NCBI RefSeq assembly: GCF_004010195.1
Contig: NC_057720.1
Location: forward strand, 24,354,027-24,407,056
Origin: Chiloscyllium plagiosum
Taxonomy: Eukaryota
Direction of reading: 5' to 3'
Length of the DNA stretch: 53,030 nucleotides
In this document: positions 40,201 through 46,749 of the stretch, piece by piece
Position numbering within the stretch: position 1 is the first letter of the stretch
Layout: each line of letters starts with the position of its first letter
Position numbers and translations under genes: made by a program
The notes under the pieces: generated by a model
Database searches by the model: none
What the model was told of the DNA's origin: nothing
What the model saw: the letters and a program-made list of their open reading frames with translations, nothing else

Positions 40201-43200
40201 GGTGTCACAGAAGCAACTCACAGCAATTACTAATTTTGAAGTGTAGCCATGGTTATTACCCAAGCAAATGTGACAGACCTTTTAATGATGTAGACAAAAC
40301 AATTTAGTGTAATGCATCAAAGTTGCTGATCATAAAGAGCTAAGTGCAAACGTAAGCTGTGATGTGGGTATAATGAACCAGTTTATATTTCTTTGAGATA
40401 ACAACAAAGTGACAGATGGATTGTCACTTTGGGAAATGTGATCTTATTCACCTCAGTAGTTATACCATAAAAGCAGAACATTTAAAAGACATGCTACTTT
40501 TAAATGTCGATGTTCAGAGAGTCTTGGGAGCATGTATGTAACGAAAAGAGACATTTAGTTTGCAGGTACAATTAAGAATTTAGGCAATTAAGAGGGCAAG
40601 TTGCATGTTGTTCTTTTGTTGCAAGGGGAGTAAAAGAACAAAGAAGCCTTGGTAGAATTGTTTTGGGGGTTGGGGATACATGCGCTCCTACTTCGCTCTC
40701 AATAACCTAGCAAGCATAAACATACCATTGGAACAGAATATTGAAAGTTCATTGATTGGTTTCTGTGATGAAAAGGTTGTCATATGAGATTGAGCCTCTG
40801 CTCACTATAATTCAGTTTGGAACATAATTATCAAGGGATGAAAACAGAAAATGCTATAAACCTTATAAACAGAAAATGCTATAAACATACTATTGCCAGA
40901 ATGTTGTCAGATTATGGACCCTATGGAGTATCCAGTATCTCCAATCATTTCTGGATATCGCGTGGACTGAATCAAATTGGCTGATGACTGGTAACTGAAT
41001 CGCTGTGGACAACTGGTTTATAAACCTATATGCCTCCTTCAACAGCACATTCCAAACTTCTACCACCCAAAAAATGAGTAACAGAAGCTTAAGATTTATT
41101 GATGTCCTGTGCCTCAACTTCCAAGAATTTCTCAAAAGCAATTCACTTGCAATCATTTGGGTGCAAAATTTATTATTATTATGCAGCTAAATATAATAGT
41201 CAACTTTTGCACAGTAACCTACCACAAGCAGCAATGAAGTATTGGCTACCTTTCTTGTTTTGATCATATTGGTTGAGGGATAAATGTTGAAACAGAAGAT
41301 CTTTGATGTTCATTTTCAACATATCTCATTGGCTATTTTACATTCATCTGATGGAGTCTTCTGAGAAAGCCTCATCCTAAGGAAATCTCTGATGATTCAG
41401 CATTTTATCAGCATTACATGGGTGTGTCAGGCTACATTTACATATTCAAGCCTTGAATCAAAGCTTGCACATCCAATGTTCTGATGGAAATAAGAGGGAG
41501 CCAAGATGATACAGGTTCATTTAAATGAAACGTTCTTTAGATGGCTGTGAATCAGCATCCAAAAAGCAAAATACTTCAGGTTCGGGAAATCTGAAAAAAA
41601 ATTCAAACCACTGGAAAATCTCAGCTGCTCTGGAGAGATAAGCAAAGTGAATTCTTACAGTCTAACCTAACTGTTCTCCTAGAATATGATTCTTCAGTCC
41701 TGAAGAAGTCATAGAGTCACAGAGATTTACAGCATGGAAACAGACTCTTTGGTCCAACTTGTCCATGCTGACCAGATATCCCAACCTGCCAGTACCCGGC
41801 CCATATCCCTCCAAACCCTTCCTATTCATATACCCATCCAGATGCCTTTTAAATGTAGCAATTGTATTAGCCTCCACCACTTCCTCTGACAACCCATTCC
41901 ACACACGCACCACCCTCTGCATGAAAAAGTTGCCCCTTAGGTCTCTTTTATGTCTTTCCCCTCTCACCCTAAAGCTATGCCCTCTAGTTCTGGTCTCGCC
42001 CACCCCACAGGAAAGACCTTGTCTATTTACCCTATCCATGCCCCTCATGATTTTATAAACCTCTATAAGGTCACCCGTCAGTCTCCGAAACGCCAGAGAA
42101 AACAGCCCTAGCCTATTCAACCTCTCCCTATAGGTCAAATCCTCCAACCCTGGCATCATCCTTGTAAATCTTTTCTGAACCCTTTCAAGTTTCACAACAT
42201 TCTTCCGATAGGAAGGAGACAAGAATTGCATACAATATTCCAAAAGGGGCCTAACCAATGTCCTGTACAGCCACAACATGACCTCCCAACTCCTGTATTC
42301 AATACTCTGACCAATAAAGGAAAGCATACCAAATGCCTTCTTCACTATCCTATCTATCTGCAACTCTACTTTCAAGGAACTATGAACCTGCATTCCAAGG
42401 TCTCTTTGTTCAGCAACACTCCTTAGGACCTCACCATTCAATTTATAAGCCCTGCTAAGATTTGCTTTCCCAAAGTGCAGCACCTTGCATTTATCTAAAT
42501 TAACTCCATATGTCATTCCTTAACCCATGGCTCATCTGATCAAGATCTCATTATAATCCGAGGTAACCTTCTTCGCTGTCCACTACACCTCTAATGTTGG
42601 TGTCATCTGCAAACTTACTAACTGTACCTCATATGCTCACATCCAAATCATTTATATAAAGGACTAAACGTAGTGGATCCAGCACTGATCCTTGTGGCAC
42701 TCCTCTCGTCACAGGCCTCCAGCCTGAAAAACAACCCTCCACCACCACTCTCTAACTTCTACCTTTGAGCCAATTCTGTATCCAAATGGCTAGCTCTCCC
42801 TGTATTCCATGAGATCTAACCTTGCTAATCAGTCTCCCATGTGGAACCTTGTCAAATGCCTTACTGAAGTCCATATAGATCACAACTACCACTCTGCCCT
42901 CATCAATCCTCTTTGTTACTTCTTCAAAAAATATTTGATTGAAAGCATTGACTGTGTTTCTCTCACCAAAGATGTTGCTAGACCTGATGAACATTTCGGG
43001 CATAGAACTTTGATTTGAAGTGAAGCTCTCCTTATTCTGCCACAGCAATCTGCTGTAAATGCATATTTTCCACTTGTCACACAAGTCAGTTGTAGCTATA
43101 CAGGACACTGGTTAGGCTATTTTTGGAATACTGACTTCAATTGTTGTGGAACTTGAAAGGGTTCAGAAAAGAGTTACAAGAATGTTGCTAGAGTTGGAGG

Positions 43201-45074
43201 GTTTGAGCTATAAGGAGAGGTTGAATAGGCTGATGCTATTTTTCCTGAAGTGTTAGGAGGCTGAGGGGGTGACCTTATAGAAATTTATAAAATCATGAGG
43301 GGCATGGATAAGGTGAATAGTCAAGGTATTTTCCCCAGTCCTACTTGTATATCTTCCTTCCCACCTATCTGATCCACCCTCCTCTCCAACCTACGACTTT
43401 CACCCCACCTTCGCCTATTGCATTCCCAGCTACCTTCCCCTCCAGCCCCACCCTCTCCCATTTATCTCTCAGCCCCCTTGGCACGCAAGCCTCATTCCTG
43501 TTGAAGGTCTTATGCCTGAAACATTGATTCTCCTGCTCCTTGGTTGCTGCCTGATTGGCTGTGCTTTTCCAGCAACACACTCTTTGACTCTGATCTCCAG
43601 CATCTGCAGTCCTCACTTTCTCCTCGTCTTTTCCCCAATGTAGGGGTGTTGAAACTAGAGGACATAGTTTAAAGGTGAGAGGGGAAAGATTTTAAACAGA
43701 CCTAAGGGACAAGTTTTTCACACAAAAGAGGGTATGTGCGTGTGTATATGAACTGCCAAAGGAAGTGGTGAAGGCTGGCACAATTACAGCATTGAAAGTC
43801 TTAGTTTGAGTAAAATAGATAAATAATGAACCGGCAATTGGTTACACATTTACAGTCAATTCTTAGAGATTTACACTATGGAAACAGACCCTTTAGTCCA
43901 CTTGTCCATGCCGACCAGCTATTTTAACTTCATCTAGCCCCATTTGCCTGCATTTGGCCCGTAGCCCTCTAAACCTTTCCTCTTCATATACCCATTCAGG
44001 TGCCTTTTAAATGTTGAATTGTACCAGCATTCACCACTCCTTCTGGCAGCACATTCCATACACACTATGCTTTGTGTGAAGAGGTTGCCCCCTTAGGTCT
44101 CTTTTAAACTTTTCCCCTCTCACCCTAAACCTATGCTTCCTAGTTCTGGACCCCCCCCACCCTAGGGAAAAGACCTTGTCTATTTACCGTATCCATGTCC
44201 CTCATGATATTAAAGACCTCTAAAAGATCACGTCTCAGTCTGAAGCACTGGTGTGACACTTCCCCCTCACCCTATCAATCTGTGATTGTATTGAATAATG
44301 TGCTTAATTCACAGTTCTCCATCTGACTCCTGAAGTCTTAACAAGCTTTTTTTAACCATGTGTCAGTACCATATAGGAACAAAATCTTGCTTGTAATAAA
44401 AACAGAGAATGCTGGAGAAACTCAGCAGGCGTGGCACTATCTATGGAGAAAGGAGGTGTTGACATTTTGAGACCAGTGACTCTTCAGAGTGCTGTCAGAT
44501 CTGCTGAGTTTCTCCAGCATTCTCTGTGTTTAAAAACGTTTCCAGCATCTGCAGTTTTTAAAAATTTTTATTCCATGTTTGTTTTTGCAAACACACTTCG
44601 AGAGGGATTGGTTGGATAGTCATCGGAGTGAAAATCCTAGCCTGTTTTCTCCTCTTTGATGCAAAAGTAGTCAGACCACTTGCAGCAACCCCAACTCGTG
44701 CCTCAACTAAAGTGGTTTTTGTTGAGGTTTGAATCTGGAACATTCCTGGCTGTTTGACAATGAATCAGCACGTTAGCAAGGAGAGTTAATGAGATAGAAC
44801 TTGAATGTGATAAGATTTGTTGAGCTTTGGCTCTTATTAGGAGCGCTGGTTTATAATATCCACCAGCTAAATTGCTATATTAAAAATTGAACTGAATGCA
44901 TTTTTAAAAATTAAAAATGCATTCAGAATTAGTCAAAAGTTGCTGAAACTTTACATTAGTGATGATTTTTGCCATTCTTTACAGGTGGAACTCAACGTGA
45001 TCCTACTGATTGTGTACCTATGTGGAAACTTGGCATTTCTGATAGCTCTTCTCGTGGGAATCGGACAGAGTTAA
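1098..45074 (+). CDS. FRRS1: FRRS1-family ferric-chelate reductase (Reeler-DOMON-cytochrome b561); 14 coding exons in window, 5' end missing
   Basis: Exons 1098-1252, 5359-5447, 7700-7829, 9037-9222, 10268-10369, 11541-11682, 14953-15066, 19050-19165, 19797-19883, 21856-21953, 25837-25895, 26389-26526, 26643-26668 and 44985-45074 all have AG/GT boundaries with compatible phases (1532 nt; 510 aa + TAA counting the split first codon). Recognised motifs: [67 protein letters not shown]. Ortholog versus paralog of human FRRS1 is not resolved. Confidence 0.93.
1290..1605 (-). mobile_element. Degenerate HE1-type tRNA-derived SINE
   Basis: Reverse complement contains CAGTGGTTAGCA...GTGTGGAGTTTGCAC, as in the 27726 copy. 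Confidence 0.8.
1850..2430 (+). mobile_element. Probable PIF/Harbinger Myb/SANT-like gene relic
   Basis: Decayed translation [11 protein letters not shown]...IVVNV...CCKKSNDL, then an acceptor (cctttgcag|) and DKAEYNER; resembles Harbinger Myb/SANT proteins; contains stops. Confidence 0.45.
2434..2920 (+). mobile_element. Possible solo LTR-like insertion
   Basis: Begins TGTGGAAGGGGTTAA; clustered CCAAT/ATTGG boxes followed by GTATAAAAA; 3' end and TSD not resolved. Confidence 0.25.
2935..3530 (+). mobile_element. Old, highly diverged CR1 LINE RT fragment (continues at about 4890-5320)
   Basis: Degenerate equivalents of the W..NWL..RRQRV / SGVPQG region and downstream ORF2. Confidence 0.55.
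4510..4685. mobile_element. Short palindromic Penelope-terminus insertion
   Basis: GCTGGAGAAACTCAGCAG...CAGCAT followed by the near-inverted ATGCTGCCAG...CTGAGATTCTCCAGC and TTCCAGCATCTGCAG tail. Confidence 0.6.
5359..5447 (+). CDS. FRRS1: FRRS1-like exon, Reeler domain ([30 protein letters not shown])
   Basis: cttcacag| acceptor, |gtagtt donor; SAVS..S...K.....W.A.....IQF pattern; phase 0 to 2. Confidence 0.92.
6012..6206. mobile_element. Penelope-like element termini in inverted arrangement with a minimal hammerhead core
   Basis: Inverted arms GAGAGTGTGTTGCTGGAAAAGCACAGCAGGTCAGG / CCTGACCTGCTGTGCTTTTCCAGCAACACACTCTC; CTGATGA..GAAAC at 6081-6105; flanked by TGCTAATTAAGT / TGCTAATTGAGT. Confidence 0.8.
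6590..6965. repeat. CT-rich low-complexity tract
   Basis: Long pyrimidine-biased stretch; accounts for the F/L/S-rich spurious ORFs. Confidence 0.8.
7020..7280 (-). mobile_element. CR1 LINE 3' end fragment
   Basis: ACAGTACAGCACAGAAATAGGCCC... is the reverse complement of a CR1 3' UTR. Confidence 0.65.
7700..7829 (+). CDS. FRRS1: FRRS1-like exon, end of Reeler plus S/T/P linker ([43 protein letters not shown])
   Basis: ttttag| acceptor, |gtcagt donor; ATFVQ...FW motif; phase 2 to 0. Confidence 0.9.
9037..9222 (+). CDS. FRRS1: FRRS1-like exon, DOMON N-part ([62 protein letters not shown])
   Basis: cccag| acceptor, |gtaaga donor; CGxTKxC..P..C.P....C cysteine pattern; heme-ligand Met at exon end. 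Confidence 0.95.
9270..9670 (+). mobile_element. CR1 LINE 3' fragment (different subfamily)
   Basis: CATTGGAATTTAGAA...GAAACTAGAATGAGGGGGC...CTTCATCCAAAGGGTTGTGAATCTG...CTCCTACTTCTTA. Confidence 0.8.
10268..10369 (+). CDS. FRRS1: FRRS1-like exon, DOMON ([34 protein letters not shown])
   Basis: cctag| acceptor, |gtaaca donor; GNDDIYIC motif; phase 0 to 0. Confidence 0.93.
10392..10655 (+). mobile_element. HER1/CR1 3' fragment
   Basis: [41 protein letters not shown] tail. Confidence 0.85.
11295..11426 (+). mobile_element. HER1/CR1 extreme 3' fragment
   Basis: GGAGGGATATGGGCC...CGAAGGGTCTG...CTCTATGACTCTATGAC. Confidence 0.8.
11541..11682 (+). CDS. FRRS1: FRRS1-like exon, DOMON ([47 protein letters not shown])
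   Basis: atacag| acceptor, |gtaagt donor; GIIQCTF and YYLFFAYG motifs; phase 0 to 1. Confidence 0.93.
12228..12430. mobile_element. Penelope-like termini (second family), inverted pair
   Basis: ACAACACCAGGTTACAGTCCAACAGGTTTAATTGGAAGCAC / GTGCTTCCAATTAAACCTGTTGGACTATAACCTGGTGTTGT; ATTTTTTACAA on both flanks. Confidence 0.75.
13115..13570 (+). mobile_element. Degenerate DeuSINE/SacSINE1-like SINE (interrupted)
   Basis: CTCAGT...TGAGTCTGAA...TTCAAGT...CTTGAACACAAAA...TTTCAGATGAGA; related copies at 10705-10870 (+) and about 32400-32705, 36670-36885, 41200-41510 (-). Confidence 0.5.
14953..15066 (+). CDS. FRRS1: FRRS1-like exon, DOMON end to b561 start ((G)[37 protein letters not shown])
   Basis: tttcag| acceptor, |gtaagg donor; DOMON heme His and first b561 His; phase 1 to 1. 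Confidence 0.92.
15226..15589. mobile_element. Tc1/mariner pogo/Tigger-type MITE (364 bp)
   Basis: TIRs CAGTAGCGCCTCGACATACGAA / TTCATAAGTCAAGGCGCTACTG (3 mismatches in 22); TA TSDs at 15224-25 and 15590-91; no transposase. Confidence 0.88.
18165..18420 (-). mobile_element. CR1 3' fragment containing a (CA)9 microsatellite
   Basis: GAGTCATACAG...CCCTTCGGTCCAA...GGCCCATATCCCTCCAAAC. Confidence 0.8.
19050..19165 (+). CDS. FRRS1: FRRS1-like exon, b561 TM1 ((A)[38 protein letters not shown])
   Basis: ttttacag| acceptor, |gtaaga donor; ALMxxAW...WFQ. Confidence 0.95.
19320..19545. mobile_element. Penelope-like termini (third family), inverted pair
   Basis: GGCAGCATCTGTGGAGAGAAATCAGAGTTAA / TTAACTCTGATTTCTTTCCACAGATGCTGCC around CTGAGGAAGGGTCACTGGACC. 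Confidence 0.7.
19797..19883 (+). CDS. FRRS1: FRRS1-like exon, b561 TM2 ([29 protein letters not shown])
   Basis: ttttccag| acceptor, |gtaagt donor; second His ligand. Confidence 0.94.
20213..20850 (+). mobile_element. HER1/CR1 LINE 3' fragment
   Basis: [37 protein letters not shown]; standard 3' UTR. Confidence 0.92.
21856..21953 (+). CDS. FRRS1: FRRS1-like exon, b561 TM3 ([33 protein letters not shown])
   Basis: ctggcag| acceptor, |gtcagt donor; HPxLGCIVM..QP...RP motif. Confidence 0.95.
22181..23385 (-). mobile_element. CR1 LINE 3' fragment interrupted by an HE1 SINE
   Basis: [29 protein letters not shown] reverse complement near 23360-23385. Confidence 0.9.
23027..23343 (+). mobile_element. 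HE1-type SINE
   Basis: GGGCAGCACAGTGGCACAGTGGTTAGCAC (A box), GAGTTCAATTCC (B box), central GTGTGGAGTTTGCAC domain, (TAATC)n tail. Confidence 0.92.
24185..25617 (+). mobile_element. HER1/CR1 LINE RT-to-3' fragment with nested SINE insertions
   Basis: SGVPQG, KFADDTK and [13 protein letters not shown] motifs; 3' UTR. Confidence 0.92.
24706..25014 (-). mobile_element. HE1-type SINE nested in CR1
   Basis: Reverse complement of the 27726 copy with (GATTA)n tail; a separate + strand tail-only fragment lies at 25102-25150. Confidence 0.92.
25837..25895 (+). CDS. FRRS1: FRRS1-like exon, b561 TM4 ([19 protein letters not shown])
   Basis: tttttacag| acceptor, |gtatgt donor; RxxFNxxH fourth His; phase 2 to 1. 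Confidence 0.93.
26389..26526 (+). CDS. FRRS1: FRRS1-like exon, TM4 end to TM5 ((V)[45 protein letters not shown])
   Basis: tcttccag| acceptor, |gtaagg donor; FLG and GFVxW motifs; phase 1 to 1. Confidence 0.92.
26643..26668 (+). CDS. FRRS1: FRRS1-like 26-nt micro-exon ((A)WYIKCQKK)
   Basis: Long pyrimidine tract tttcttgtttttttcag| and |gtattg donor; phase 1 to 0 is exactly what is needed to join 26526 to 44985. Confidence 0.8.
26825..26958 (-). mobile_element. Penelope-like terminus with hammerhead core
   Basis: Minus strand reads CTGATGAAAGGCTTATGACTGAAAC. Confidence 0.75.
27726..28098 (+). mobile_element. HE1-type SINE, young, with duplicated 5' 19-mer and long (TAATC)n tail
   Basis: GGGCGGCACGGTGGC twice, A/B boxes, central domain, GGGCCGAAGGGCCTGTTTCC 3' end resembling the CR1 3' UTR. 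Confidence 0.93.
28643..28835. mobile_element. Young Penelope-like inverted termini with 14-bp TSD
   Basis: Perfect arms GTTGAAACTTTATTGCTGGAACAGCACAGCAGGTCAGGCAGCATCCAGGGAACAGGAGATTCGACGTTT and their inverse; TGAATAGCCTGAGA at 28629-28642 and 28836-28849. Confidence 0.88.
29671..29948 (-). pseudogene. Antisense exon-like block, copy 1; open in phase 1 for 92 codons including stop ([16 protein letters not shown]...[40 protein letters not shown])
   Basis: Minus-strand acceptor tgtgtttcctaatgtccctcag|; frame matches ORF 29671..29925; internal compensating frameshift relative to paralogs. Confidence 0.5.
30765..31097 (-). pseudogene. Antisense exon-like block, copy 2 ([10 protein letters not shown]...[21 protein letters not shown]...[16 protein letters not shown])
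   Basis: Acceptor gtgtttgcctcag|; phase-1 frame carries the shared motifs but has in-frame stops and indels. Confidence 0.5.
31911..32249 (-). pseudogene. Antisense exon-like block, copy 3 ([12 protein letters not shown]...[14 protein letters not shown]...[11 protein letters not shown])
   Basis: Acceptor ttctttccaatgtctttcag|; shared motifs with frameshifts. Confidence 0.5.
33423..33779 (-). pseudogene. Antisense exon-like block, copy 4 ([22 protein letters not shown]...[54 protein letters not shown])
   Basis: Homologous acceptor AG mutated to CG, with in-phase CAGCAG ending 9 and 12 nt inside; one early stop and frameshifts. Confidence 0.5.
33800..34260 (+). mobile_element. RTE-clade LINE relic (duplicated at about 35170-35660)
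   Basis: Translation [15 protein letters not shown]...I.FNDWMEL matches the RTE C-terminal GGQxKRFKDxLK...WE.LA pattern. Confidence 0.65.
34799..35146 (-). pseudogene. Antisense exon-like block, copy 5 (recent duplicate of copy 4)
   Basis: Acceptor ctttctcctccag|; [13 protein letters not shown] and [29 protein letters not shown]; several stops. Confidence 0.5.
36134..36527 (-). pseudogene. Antisense exon-like block, copy 6 ([15 protein letters not shown]...[17 protein letters not shown] [Penelope insert] [26 protein letters not shown])
   Basis: Acceptor tcttcctcatctcctccag|; interrupted by a Penelope terminus at about 36244-36325. Confidence 0.5.
37180..38580 (+). mobile_element. CR1 LINE ORF2 fragment
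   Basis: [44 protein letters not shown]; stops and indels. Confidence 0.92.
38856..39030 (-). mobile_element. HER1/CR1 3' end fragment
   Basis: GAGTCATACAGCATGGAAACAGACCCTTCAGTCCAAC... Confidence 0.8.
39829..40142 (-). pseudogene. Antisense exon-like block, copy 7 ([28 protein letters not shown]...MVDIGVK...[20 protein letters not shown])
   Basis: Acceptor ttctttgttttatcaatccctcag|; shared motifs and same terminal TGA; frameshifts. Confidence 0.5.
41708..42930 (-). mobile_element. HER1/CR1 LINE ORF2 fragment
   Basis: ORFs 41662..42516 and 42752..43108 ([32 protein letters not shown]). Confidence 0.94.
43098..43800 (+). mobile_element. CR1 fragment interrupted by a Penelope 3' fragment (43340-43625)
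   Basis: CR1 ORF2 3' sequence resumes after the insert; TTTTCCCCA on both sides of the insert. Confidence 0.85.
43862..44240 (-). mobile_element. HER1/CR1 3' fragment
   Basis: Reverse complement of CR1 3' end. Confidence 0.85.
44398..44558. mobile_element. Short palindromic Penelope-terminus insertion
   Basis: ACAGAGAATGCTGGAGAAACTCAGCAG / CTGCTGAGTTTCTCCAGCATTCTCTGT. Confidence 0.7.
44985..45074 (+). CDS. FRRS1: FRRS1-like last coding exon, TM6 ([29 protein letters not shown])
   Basis: ctttacag| acceptor; YxCGNxxFL C-terminal motif of FRRS1 proteins; TAA at 45072-45074. Confidence 0.92.
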   Translation: MELNVILLIVYLCGNLAFLIALLVGIGQS

Positions 45075-45947
45075 AATGGCATTTGGAAGCGAGACTACAA
45101 TGGATATATGTTAACGTCATCATTATTAACATGGATATACATATATATTAATATAATTGGTGCAACATCACTATATTGCAACAAGCCTTGAGCATGAGCT
45201 ACGTCCTAAATGTACATCTCTCAGAACAAAAGAAATATAACATGAATACAACACAGTTCCATATTTGCACAATAGCTAATATTTGATTGTCAAACATAAT
45301 TATTTCCTAAATTCTCTGATGAATCATTGCATCAAAAGACCAGGGAAATATTTTATTCAATCATTAAGTATAGCCATCATTACATAAAACCCTCATATGT
45401 ATGGTATTATAAATTCTCCCGCTCATTGAAATGGTAGCAATTAATTAGAAGTAATTATTATATTGCGATTATTTTTATTTAGTGTTTAATAGTTTGCCAC
45501 AAATTGTGTGGCAACATCAGGGAAATTTGTGGATGAGTTATTGAGACAGAATCACAGAACTAATACAGTGGAGAAGGAGTCCATTCAGCTCATCATTTCT
45601 GCATCAACTCTCAGAATGAGCACTTTGCCTCAATGCCATTTTCCTGCCTTTTCCTCATAATTCTGAAAATTGTTTCGAATAACATAATCATCTAATGTTC
45701 TCTTAAATGCCTCAACTTAACTTGACTCACAACACTAGAAAAGTTAAACACATCTGAACCTTGACCATAATGTCTGCTGAGTGAAAGTTAAATTGAAGCA
45801 TACAAGCTCTTGTTTATCTAATGTCCACATGTACTTTCAATAGTGCCAGCTGTCTGTCTTTTTGAGGAAATGATTGTCAAATAGAATAAGCAGAAAATAC
45901 ATTGTTACTCACCATTCAAAACTTCTTTATTGATGATCAGACACAAA

Positions 45948-45953
45948 AATAAA
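45948..45953 (+). promoter_or_regulatory. Candidate polyadenylation signal (AATAAA) for the FRRS1-like gene
   Basis: First canonical AATAAA I found after the stop; another is at 46316-46321; no transcript evidence. Confidence 0.3.
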
Positions 45954-46749
45954 CTGAATGCCAAAGCCCGAGTGTTTCAGCACTTGAAAGAAATCAAGAA
46001 TATTTTGTACACAAATACCAGTGCAATTGAGGTCACAATGTACTTTAGTGTTTGATTCCAACTACCTTGTTTTTTTTAAAAATTGTTAATAGTAAACTTA
46101 TGATTCTTAACTTATCAAAATAATTGTTTTTACTCCTTAATAGCAAACTGTGTATATAAAATGTATTTTAAATCAAAGTTTTGATAAAACACATTATTCT
46201 CTCAAGTGATTTTGCATTTATTTACTTCACCATTTTGAAGTGCTCTAAAACAAAGTCCTCATAGAGGATATATTTAACAAGGTGGAGAAAGAACTGAGTG
46301 CCAATTTGAAGGATAAATAAAGAAAAGGATGATATGAGCCACTGGGACAGAGTTTTCAGGAGATGTTTGAAAGTGGAAGTGCAACGGAAAGGTAGAGAGA
46401 TTGCGGGAAGACTTTTCCAGGAAAGAAAGTGTGAATGGTAGCAAGAGCAGTGACCACTGGTGGAAGTGAGGTACAAGGAATTTGAATACTAGACCTTCTT
46501 ATGAAATTCCAGTTAGATGTTGACATGTGTTATCCTAACATAATGAATATGAATGTATTTATTTACAACGTAGCAAGATGTTAAGCAGTGACCATTTTTA
46601 AGAGGAAATCAATGATAGTCAATGTCATTACTGGAATTCCCTACTCTTTCAACATCCTGGGAGTTAACATTGATCAGAATTCAACTGGACCAGTCATATA
46701 AATGATTAGATTCCCTACACTATGGAAACAGGCCCTTCAGACCAACAAG

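Larger units (their letters stand above)
28870..41560. repeat. Ancient tandem duplication array of 7 units: old CR1 3' fragment + unique exon-like block, with DeuSINE or RTE relic in some units
   Basis: Recurring motif AAATTAAATCTAAYAGTTCAAGGTTC...CCAAYATCAA...CATTAGC at about 29720, 30880, 32005, 33545, 34920, 36330 (partial) and 39930 (partial), each just after a CR1-type TTCTTATG tail; DeuSINE-like copies follow units 3, 6 and 7. Confidence 0.85.

Noticed and set aside
40843..40886. Direct repeat AAACAGAAAATGCTATAAAC x2
   Set aside because: Small local duplication among decayed LINE sequence; no functional indication.
40890..41156. Minus-strand ORF as upstream exon of the antisense array
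   Set aside because: VVEVWNVL resembles a CR1 ORF2 3' remnant; no convincing splice sites.
41662..42516. Longest ORF in the track (284 aa) and ORFs at 46722-48638 as host genes
   Set aside because: They are CR1 ORF2 reverse-transcriptase fragments with stops and frameshifts.
45075..46330. Iron-responsive element in the 3' UTR of an iron reductase gene
   Set aside because: CAGTG loops near 45566 and 46019 lack the paired 5-bp upper stem; the hairpin at about 45494-45514 (TTGCCACA/TGTGGCAA) has no CAGWG loop.
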